A DNA stretch of 50,795 nt, from positions 128,803-179,597 of the IMG/VR virus record IMGVR_UViG_3300008262_000042, one strand, 5' to 3'. Below the pieces are notes generated by a model. The model did no database searches and was not told where the DNA came from. It saw nothing but the letters and a program-made list of their open reading frames with translations. A program made the translations under genes and the position numbers. Below, in pieces: positions 43,528 to 50,795 of this stretch (positions are counted from its first letter, which is position 1; each line of letters begins with the position of its first letter). This DNA is from a virus (Duplodnaviria; Heunggongvirae; Uroviricota; Caudoviricetes).

Positions 43528-44028
43528 CTATTTTAATATCCAAATCTGCTTCAATCCAAACATAATGTGTTTCTCTTCTATGAGCTCATCAAATACATTG
43601 AATCCAAATTTTCTTAACATCTCTAATTCTTCAGAATCATTGAACCATTTGTTCATTTGGTATTTAGAATCAAAAGCAAAACCGGTCCACCTGTATTTTT
43701 GCTTATGTAAGTTATCTCTTGTACCAAACTTTTTTAATAGGTTGTATTTTAATAAAGGATCATCCCAAGGTCCAGGTCTCTGTGTTTTAAAAGTTGAGAA
43801 ACATCCTCTTTCTACAAACACGGGATACTTCTTCAGTATGTCAATTATATTATTCTCGTACTTATGTCCCGCCCAACGCTCTTTTGAATAAAGCTTATCT
43901 TTTAGGGTTTTAACATCATCGAAAGTTAAACCTTCTTGCTCGTATATTTTATGGATTAGATACCCATAAGGGCCCATACCATAGAAATTACCTTTGGCAA
44001 TACGATAAATCCGTCTCCTATTGTTCAT
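43528..44028 (-). CDS. Hypothetical protein
   Basis: 166 aa ORF in an operon. Confidence 0.65.
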   Translation of the reverse strand: MNNRRRIYRIAKGNFYGMGPYGYLIHKIYEQEGLTFDDVKTLKDKLYSKERWAGHKYENNIIDILKKYPVFVERGCFSTFKTQRPGPWDDPLLKYNLLKKFGTRDNLHKQKYRWTGFAFDSKYQMNKWFNDSEELEMLRKFGFNVFDELIEEKHIMFGLKQIWILK

Positions 44029-44031
44029 AAC

Positions 44032-44262
44032 TTATTTATTTTGTGCTATTACTTTTATTTCACGTACACTTTTTTTATTTACGTAATAATTATACCATGT
44101 CTCTGCTTCTTCTTTGTTATAGAATGTTGCGCCTTCATAGCTATGTACTCCAAAATATTCTGTCCAAAATAAATTGAGTACATGCTTTTCAACTTTCCAA
44201 AATGGTTTTCCATCTGGATTGATTAGCTTATCTCTTACTTCTATTAACCTATATCTTGCCAT
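44032..44262 (-). CDS. Hypothetical protein
   Basis: Coupled ORF. Confidence 0.6.
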   Translation of the reverse strand: MARYRLIEVRDKLINPDGKPFWKVEKHVLNLFWTEYFGVHSYEGATFYNKEEAETWYNYYVNKKSVREIKVIAQNK

Positions 44263-44686
44263 TGTTTTCTTGTTTTACAATTTGAATTAATTTCTTCAAA
44301 CAAGCAAGTTCTGCTTCTTCGTAAGTATACCAACCTTTGCAATCATCACCATTATCTTTCCAATCTTCACCATAATCTCCGTTAGGTTTTATCCATTTAA
44401 AACCATAGTGCATTCCATCGTAGTAAGTATAGGTTATAAAACTAATTATACCATACTTCTCTCTAAACCATCTAAACACTTGTGAGAATGTTGGTGCTGA
44501 ACATAATCCAGCTTTTTTAATCATTTGACTGTTTTTAAAACCAATCATAGACCATCCACTTTTATTATGTGATGTTGAAAATGTTATTTCTACACCATCA
44601 TGCACCCAATAAATAAAACAAGGTTCATTAAATCCAATTTCTTTTAAAGCTAATGCTTGTTCGTATGGTATAAATTCTTTGTTCAT
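44249..44686 (-). CDS. Hypothetical protein
   Basis: EQA..LKE.GF...AP...V..W.R family, paralogue of 48669. Confidence 0.7.
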   Translation of the reverse strand: MNKEFIPYEQALALKEIGFNEPCFIYWVHDGVEITFSTSHNKSGWSMIGFKNSQMIKKAGLCSAPTFSQVFRWFREKYGIISFITYTYYDGMHYGFKWIKPNGDYGEDWKDNGDDCKGWYTYEEAELACLKKLIQIVKQENNGKI

Positions 44687-44688
44687 AC

Positions 44689-44931
44689 TTAATCTTTTTT
44701 AAATTTTTCGTTGTAGTATTGTTCAAAATCTTTTTTATAAAGCATTTCTGCTTCATTAGCAAACTGAGATGTGCTTTCAAACCAAGTTTCCCTATGCTGT
44801 TCATTTTCCATTTGTTTGGCTTGTTCGATCAGTTTACCGAGTTCTGTCATATCACTTGGCGTATCTGTTACCCATAGATGACCACTCTCTATTGTCTTTT
44901 CTATAAACCATTCAACTGCTGTTTGTTTCAT
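44689..44931 (-). CDS. Hypothetical protein (QTAVEW family)
   Basis: Start revised; paralogue of 28383. Confidence 0.65.
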   Translation of the reverse strand: MKQTAVEWFIEKTIESGHLWVTDTPSDMTELGKLIEQAKQMENEQHRETWFESTSQFANEAEMLYKKDFEQYYNEKFKKD

Positions 44932-44933
44932 AA

Positions 44934-45200
44934 TTAATCTTTTTTGTAATGTACGCATCCAAAATTTTCTCCTACAATCATGCGAGTATTTTCAAGCTGT
45001 TTTACTTTTATATTGTATTCTTCTACAGATAACATTTCATCTTTGCCTTGAAGTTGTGGATGTGAATCTATTTTACTTAAATCTTCCATAAAATCCCATC
45101 CGAATATCTTGGGATTATTACAAAAACCAAAGTTGCTATTTTTAATACCTTTCCATCCTTTGTGTAAAGGCGTGAAGTGTTTACAAGTTTTACAGTTCAT
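44934..45200 (-). CDS. Small Cys-rich protein
   Basis: CKTCKHF...GFC...FGCVH. Confidence 0.65.
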   Translation of the reverse strand: MNCKTCKHFTPLHKGWKGIKNSNFGFCNNPKIFGWDFMEDLSKIDSHPQLQGKDEMLSVEEYNIKVKQLENTRMIVGENFGCVHYKKD

Positions 45201-45202
45201 AA

Positions 45203-45439
45203 CTATCTTATGTTTCTTAGATTTGCAATCTTTGTTTCGGAAAAGGGATAATAATCTACAGCGATAATTTGATTTGTTGAATCAATTACAATAAAATCAT
45301 AACCGTTTTGTTGTATTAATCCTGTAGCTGGTTCAATTTTACAGTTAGGATATAGAGACTGTAAATGCCTCTGTCTTTTGTTTTGGTCTGCGCATCCAAG
45401 TAAGGAGATCGCAAATAATAAGTAAATAACTCTTTTCAT
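45203..45439 (-). CDS. Lipoprotein
   Basis: LLGC lipobox. Confidence 0.68.
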   Translation of the reverse strand: MKRVIYLLFAISLLGCADQNKRQRHLQSLYPNCKIEPATGLIQQNGYDFIVIDSTNQIIAVDYYPFSETKIANLRNIR

Positions 45440-45441
45440 TT

Positions 45442-45780
45442 TTATTTATGTTGTTTAAGTGATTGTATGAGTTCGTCTATATTGCTACTTCTAAAGTAAG
45501 CCTTTCTAATTTGTTCCTCTGTATATAGAGTTTCTTGTTTTTGTTGTTCTTTGAGTGGAATTAGTTTGGCATATTTACTTGCAAATCCATAATCAACTAT
45601 CTCAAACTCTACTTCTTTACCTTCGAATTCACATACGGGTACATTTAGTATCATAACCATTTTTAATTCATCTTCATCAGGATGTAATGGAAGTTCTGTC
45701 CGATGGAAACCAAAATAACCAGTTGCAAATGCTACGAACCAGCCGCTTGGCATTATTTTTTTATATAATGTACCTTTCAT
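45442..45780 (-). CDS. Hypothetical protein
   Basis: Paralogue of 42270. Confidence 0.65.
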   Translation of the reverse strand: MKGTLYKKIMPSGWFVAFATGYFGFHRTELPLHPDEDELKMVMILNVPVCEFEGKEVEFEIVDYGFASKYAKLIPLKEQQKQETLYTEEQIRKAYFRSSNIDELIQSLKQHK

Positions 45781-45781
45781 A

Positions 45782-46174
45782 TTAATATTCAATTTTAACT
45801 TTTAGTTTTTCTACTGATGTAATATATTCTCCTGGAATCCAAGTAGTGCGACCTATCCAATATCTACCATTTCTTAAGAAAGCTCTATGAGATTCTTTTT
45901 TACCTTGATACTCAGTTTCTATTTGATATTGATTTTCTGGGTCGAACCTCGCATGAAAGATTTGTGTATCTTCTTCTGTTTTTAAACTTTCCTCGTATCG
46001 AAGATTCTTTTGTAGCCAATTAAAGAAAGGTTCTCTTTGAGAATCACTCATTTGATGCCAATATCTATCAGTTAAGTTCTGCCAAAACATTGCTCTTGCA
46101 ATAGGAGCTGGTGGAATACACGCTTCAGCTAAAAAAGACAGTTCAAATAAATCTATACTAAATTGTTCTGACAT
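45782..46174 (-). CDS. Hypothetical protein
   Basis: 130 aa ORF. Confidence 0.68.
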   Translation of the reverse strand: MSEQFSIDLFELSFLAEACIPPAPIARAMFWQNLTDRYWHQMSDSQREPFFNWLQKNLRYEESLKTEEDTQIFHARFDPENQYQIETEYQGKKESHRAFLRNGRYWIGRTTWIPGEYITSVEKLKVKIEY

Positions 46175-46791
46175 AGTTTTAAGATTTTAATTTTACCACT
46201 AGTTAATTTTGGTTCTTTACCTATTACGGTGTGTCCATCTAATGCAATCTTATCTTCCATTTCCAATTCTATTTTCCATGATTTTTGAGATAGAGATTGA
46301 ACAGTTCTATTAAATACTTTGTCTTCATCTTGTAAAGGTTTATGTTGTTGAGTATGTAACTCTTGATTTATTCCAAGTTGGACTCCAACATAAAAAATAG
46401 CTTCCATATCCTCCAAACTAAACCTTCTATTAGATAGAAGTTCTTGTACTTTTTTGAAACCTTTTTCGAAACCTCTTCTGAAATCATAAGTATTTACATC
46501 AGTATAAGTTTTAGAATCTTCAATAGCTGGTTTTAAAGCTAACCTCTCAAAATCAAACCATCCAATCTCTTTTTGCTCGTCTTCTGATAAACCAGAGAAA
46601 TCAATTTGGTCTTGTTGGGCTATTATTTTGACTTGACGTTCTAAATCTATATCATTTAATGTATGAATTTCAAATAGTTCTTTCTTTCCATCAATAAGTG
46701 TTTCTAATACAATATTCCCTTTTTCTACTTGTTCATCAGAAGTAACAATAAATCCCTTTAGCAGTTTGTGTAGTACATATGTTGGTTTCAT
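46153..46791 (-). CDS. Modular hypothetical protein
   Basis: KIIAQ module shared with 50277. Confidence 0.65.
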   Translation of the reverse strand: MKPTYVLHKLLKGFIVTSDEQVEKGNIVLETLIDGKKELFEIHTLNDIDLERQVKIIAQQDQIDFSGLSEDEQKEIGWFDFERLALKPAIEDSKTYTDVNTYDFRRGFEKGFKKVQELLSNRRFSLEDMEAIFYVGVQLGINQELHTQQHKPLQDEDKVFNRTVQSLSQKSWKIELEMEDKIALDGHTVIGKEPKLTSGKIKILKLCQNNLV

Positions 46792-46799
46792 AATTCTTT

Positions 46800-47372
46800 C
46801 TATTTTAAAATTTTAGTATAATAGTCTACTTTTTCTGTACCTTCTTTAGTGTATACGCTCCACACCATAGGATATTCCTTTTTACATTGCTCTATTCTTT
46901 CTGCTTTAGACTTAGTTTTATCTGTATTTCTTTCATAATATAACCAAGCAGTCCAATAATGATCTTGTTCAGGAGCAATAAAGGTTATAGCTATTTGCCA
47001 TTTAAAAAAGACAAATGACCAAATCGGAGCTGATTCAAACCGGTAGTCTATATCTTTCCATTTAGTTTTCCAACCCAATCCAATAAAATCAAATCCTATT
47101 TTTTTAGGTATTGCATAACTGTACCTTAATCTTTCATTGTAAATTTCTTCGTAAGATTTTATTTTACGTGTAGATTCTGGATTGCGTTTATTGTATTCTT
47201 CTTCTTTCTTTATATATTCCAACGTGGCTTTTTTAGCCAGCTTTGGAGTTGCTTCTATCCATTTTCTTGGATAGAAATAAGGTGTGCCAATCGCTACTTT
47301 ACCCATATACCATTTTAGTTTAAATGGTTTGAATGGTGAATTAATAGCTTTTAAAAACGTTAATGCTTTCAT
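46800..47372 (-). CDS. Hypothetical protein
   Basis: 190 aa, aromatic-rich. Confidence 0.68.
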   Translation of the reverse strand: MKALTFLKAINSPFKPFKLKWYMGKVAIGTPYFYPRKWIEATPKLAKKATLEYIKKEEEYNKRNPESTRKIKSYEEIYNERLRYSYAIPKKIGFDFIGLGWKTKWKDIDYRFESAPIWSFVFFKWQIAITFIAPEQDHYWTAWLYYERNTDKTKSKAERIEQCKKEYPMVWSVYTKEGTEKVDYYTKILK

Positions 47373-47388
47373 AACTATGTTTTTAAGT

Positions 47389-48090
47389 TTATTTACTTAA
47401 GTATTCTACCAATGCTTCTTTCGAATCGAGCTTAATAGCTTTACTATCATACTTTTCCTTGATAGTCCAACTTTTATCACTATAGTATACGCATTTAACA
47501 AAGCTTCCATTAGTGAACATCACTTCCATTCTCTGAGAATAATATCCTGCTGACAACTTATTATATCGTCTACCGTAGTAATCGTTACGTACATACTCTT
47601 GTGTAAACTTCACTGTACAATTCGAGTCTAGGCTTTTGAAATAGCTGGTGAAATGCTCTTGTGCCTTTTTAAGCTCGATAGCTTCTTTTGAAGCGGCTGT
47701 TTCTTTGTCTATCTGTTCTTTAATTTTAGTAGTAGCGCTTTTTGCAGAATATTGTCTATATTGACTTGTGCGAATACCTGAAGGCAGATACGCCTTTAAA
47801 TCAGAGGTAAAACTATAGAATGATCCCCACTTTGTATCAATACTATACATGATAATTTGTTCTGTAGCGGGAATATCTTCAATTTTTAACCCACCGTAGA
47901 AGCTCTTAACATATTTTGCTTGAGATGTTTTCTGAGCTACGTTATTAATTAGATTACGCTTCGCACTTGCTACTTTTTCAACATAAACTTTTTGCTGTGC
48001 AATTTCTTGTTTACGGGCTTCGAGAGCATCTTGTTCTCTTTTAATCTCTATTAATTTAATTTCTTCGGAAGTAAGTGTTATTTGTGTCAT
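47389..48090 (-). CDS. Hypothetical protein
   Basis: 233 aa with coiled-coil segments. Confidence 0.68.
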   Translation of the reverse strand: MTQITLTSEEIKLIEIKREQDALEARKQEIAQQKVYVEKVASAKRNLINNVAQKTSQAKYVKSFYGGLKIEDIPATEQIIMYSIDTKWGSFYSFTSDLKAYLPSGIRTSQYRQYSAKSATTKIKEQIDKETAASKEAIELKKAQEHFTSYFKSLDSNCTVKFTQEYVRNDYYGRRYNKLSAGYYSQRMEVMFTNGSFVKCVYYSDKSWTIKEKYDSKAIKLDSKEALVEYLSK

Positions 48091-48419
48091 AATTTCTTTT
48101 CATTATAAAGTTTAGCAAAATCAGATACAGCTATGAATACAGCTTCTTTTTTATTTTTGCTTTCGTGGTAAATAGTTAAATCATCTTTGATGAAATGCTG
48201 AATGTGTCTCATGCCCTTCTCAGGATAATAATACTCGCTACTTCCTAATAGACTTTCGTATCCTAATTTCTCAATAAACTCAATAGCTTCCATTAAAAGA
48301 TTCCAGTCATATAGAAATCTACACTTCCAGGTGTAAAAAAGTTTGTCTAACCAAGTGGTTTTATAACTAAGCATCAAAGCTATTTCTTTATTTCTTTCTT
48401 GTATTTCTTGTTGTGTCAT
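48087..48419 (-). CDS. Hypothetical protein
   Basis: DWN.LM..IE.IE motif. Confidence 0.65.
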   Translation of the reverse strand: MTQQEIQERNKEIALMLSYKTTWLDKLFYTWKCRFLYDWNLLMEAIEFIEKLGYESLLGSSEYYYPEKGMRHIQHFIKDDLTIYHESKNKKEAVFIAVSDFAKLYNEKKL

Positions 48420-48668
48420 ATTTCAACATTATAATTTTTAGTAACCCAATCAGGAGTTAAGGCTTTATATAAAGACCATTCAATACCGTGAATACCTATA
48501 CCATCAATAAACCAATGAAGCATTTTAATTCTTCTTTCAATTTCTTGTTGTGTCATAAGTTTACTTTTTTAAATAAAAATTCTGAAACACTACTCATTTC
48601 TTTAGTAGAAATCATATAAATTGATTCTGGTATTGACCATGCTATAATAAGTGTCCACCAAATGTATT

Positions 48669-49055
48669 TCATATCAAATTATTATTTAAAATGTAATCAA
48701 ATGCGGCTGAATATGCTTCTTGTGGTGTTGAATATTTATGTCCTTCCCACTTTCCAAATTTATCGTTATCAACCAATTCTTCAGCATAAGGTCTGAATAA
48801 TGCAGAATAAGGTAATACGTATATCCAAATACCATAATTAACTCTTAACCATTCAACAACGACATGTTGTTCAGGTGCTTCCCACCTAAATCTTTGTATG
48901 TAGTTATTAGTGTGTGTATAATCATTTTTAGGTATATCAGGTGTTTCAACTAACTCACCTGAACCATCATAATATCTACTTTTAGATTTAAATCCTTTTT
49001 CTTTAAGCCATTTAGCTTGTTCAAAGGTTACGTAATGCGGTTCTATTTGTGTCAT
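48669..49055 (-). CDS. Hypothetical protein
   Basis: Paralogue of 44249. Confidence 0.68.
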   Translation of the reverse strand: MTQIEPHYVTFEQAKWLKEKGFKSKSRYYDGSGELVETPDIPKNDYTHTNNYIQRFRWEAPEQHVVVEWLRVNYGIWIYVLPYSALFRPYAEELVDNDKFGKWEGHKYSTPQEAYSAAFDYILNNNLI

Positions 49056-49057
49056 AA

Positions 49058-49303
49058 CTATTTTATTTTATCGAGTGGATAAGCGTTTAAAATTGAATCT
49101 TTATCTACAACATGTTTTATACTTCTTATCCCACCAGAAGTAACTGTTTTTTTGACTTTAGCTTTTTCAAGAATAGCTTTTAATTGTTCTTCACAGTGTA
49201 GTTTAGCAAATTCTTGCATTCTTTTAATAGTTACATGGTCTATTACCTTTTGAAAACCGTCTTTTAATGCAAACTCTTCTGCTGTTGGTACATTATTTGT
49301 CAT
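49058..49303 (-). CDS. Hypothetical protein
   Basis: FAKLH...DKDSILNAYPL motif. Confidence 0.65.
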   Translation of the reverse strand: MTNNVPTAEEFALKDGFQKVIDHVTIKRMQEFAKLHCEEQLKAILEKAKVKKTVTSGGIRSIKHVVDKDSILNAYPLDKIK

Positions 49304-49517
49304 AGTAATTGTTTATAAAGATTTCAAAAAGGTCTTGTGTTGTGGTTTCATCTAATGAATGATTATTTTCATCAAACCAAATATTTTTATAAAAGGTTTT
49401 ATCTCCCAGCCATTCAGCAAACTTAATTGCTACATCAGTAGTTGTTTCTGCGGCTTGTGTAACATATTCTAAATCATTTACACCATTATCGTAATGTAGT
49501 TGTTCAAGCTTATTCAT
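49293..49517 (-). CDS. Hypothetical protein
   Basis: AIKFAEW motif. Confidence 0.6.
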   Translation of the reverse strand: MNKLEQLHYDNGVNDLEYVTQAAETTTDVAIKFAEWLGDKTFYKNIWFDENNHSLDETTTQDLFEIFINNYYDK

Positions 49518-49768
49518 AACCTTTTTTCTTTTAAAATATATATTTGTTTAAACTATCTGTGACAGAAGGTCTTCCATCAAAATAATGTACCACTCCGTTT
49601 TCAATCATTCTGTAATTTGAACATCCAACCCCAAATCCAATGTTATCGGCAGTTTTCCACATACCTCTTTGAAAAGTTCCAACAATTTGCATACTATCCC
49701 AATATTAATATGTTTACCTTCTGCAAATGCTGTTATTATAGGAAGCATTTTAATACATTGTTCTCTAG

Positions 49769-50137
49769 TCATATTCCTTTTTCTTTTAAAAATTTATGTA
49801 ATTGTGATGTTATTGATTTTTTATTTATAGTATATCCGCCATATCCTATGTGTAAACATTTACCATTCTCAACAATTCTATTAGTATATTCTTCTAATAG
49901 TTGTTTAAGTTCTTCAGGAGTGAATACATAAGCTTCTGTTGGTTTAAGCCAATGGGTAATTTCTGATTGATTGTGACTTAATCCACTTCTCACATGATCA
50001 AATAACTCATAAGAAGGTGCTTTTATGAAATAACTTAAATCAAATTCCCCCTTTTTAATTATACCACATTTACAGGAGTTTTTAGGTAATTCATCTTCTG
50101 TTTTAATAGGTATATAAACTGTTTGTAACTTATTCAT
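49769..50137 (-). CDS. Hypothetical protein
   Basis: ELP...ITHW (DUF551-like) pattern. Confidence 0.6.
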   Translation of the reverse strand: MNKLQTVYIPIKTEDELPKNSCKCGIIKKGEFDLSYFIKAPSYELFDHVRSGLSHNQSEITHWLKPTEAYVFTPEELKQLLEEYTNRIVENGKCLHIGYGGYTINKKSITSQLHKFLKEKGI

Positions 50138-50276
50138 AACTTACTTTTTTGAAAGTTCTTTTATTTTTTTAACAGCTTCTTTATTTATTTCAGACCATCT
50201 TTCACAAGAAGCTTCTAAAGATTTTACATAATCTTGTAATTCTTGCGGTGCTGTTTTAAGTTGTTCTTTAGCTAAA

Positions 50277-50792
50277 TTAGTATTGATAACTAATACTTCG
50301 GTGAAAGATTTGTTCATTAGAATAATTAAGAGGATGTTTAGCTAAATTAATTGCAAAGTAAATATCTTTTTGAGTGTATTGATTGGGGTTTGATTTGTAA
50401 CCTATTTCAATTCCTGTTTCTATACCTTTTGTAAAAACATCACTATTATTTCCTGAGTTATATTCTTTTTTAAATTTTTCAACATAGCTATCCAAACTAA
50501 CAATAGGTATTCCTTCAAATTTAGGTTGTGATTGAGCTACTATTTTAGAACACCATCCAATAGGTTGACCTCTTTTAAAATCATCTAAACTACCTCCATC
50601 TTCTTCTACATTATATATTTGGTCATTACCACTGAAACTTTTATGAAGATAAAATTTGCATTCTGTTGCTTCTTTATCAATCCAATAAATAACTCCATCA
50701 ACTTCTATGGGCTGAAATGTTTTATCTCCTTGTTTAAGGATTGTTTTATTTGTTATTTGTTTCCCTTCTAATGTTAAATAAATTCCCTTCAT
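50277..50792 (-). CDS. Modular hypothetical protein
   Basis: 171 aa ORF at the window edge. Confidence 0.6.
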   Translation of the reverse strand: MKGIYLTLEGKQITNKTILKQGDKTFQPIEVDGVIYWIDKEATECKFYLHKSFSGNDQIYNVEEDGGSLDDFKRGQPIGWCSKIVAQSQPKFEGIPIVSLDSYVEKFKKEYNSGNNSDVFTKGIETGIEIGYKSNPNQYTQKDIYFAINLAKHPLNYSNEQIFHRSISYQY

Positions 50793-50795
50793 ATT

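Overview
AT-rich segment of a large (jumbo-type) tailed phage genome. The host is probably Bacteroidota: genes lack Shine-Dalgarno sites, have A-rich translation starts and carry TAnnTTT(A/G)-like promoter elements. From left to right: (1) + strand virion/tail genes, a GNAT protein and a GIY-YIG nuclease; (2) a putative DNA-hypermodification cluster on the - strand; (3) an ~11.8 kb - strand RNA locus (9.5-21.3 kb) encoding Ro60/TROVE, a YkuK RNase H-like protein, a GOLLD-like giant RNA, six Y-RNA-like elements of five architectures, 27 tRNAs covering all 20 amino acids, a group I intron with an HNH gene in tRNA-Leu(UAA), two free-standing homing endonucleases and a tmRNA; (4) ~30 kb of small early genes in paralogous families, interspersed with tRNA-shaped elements that have variable cores (11 complete copies in the window). 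The strongest candidate for a new system lies in front of the tRNA array. A 48-codon leader uses all 20 amino acids and almost every isoacceptor class within 36 codons, and overlaps an antiterminator for the terminator directly before the first tRNA, which suggests a pan-tRNA-sensing attenuator. All calls were made by eye, without database searches.
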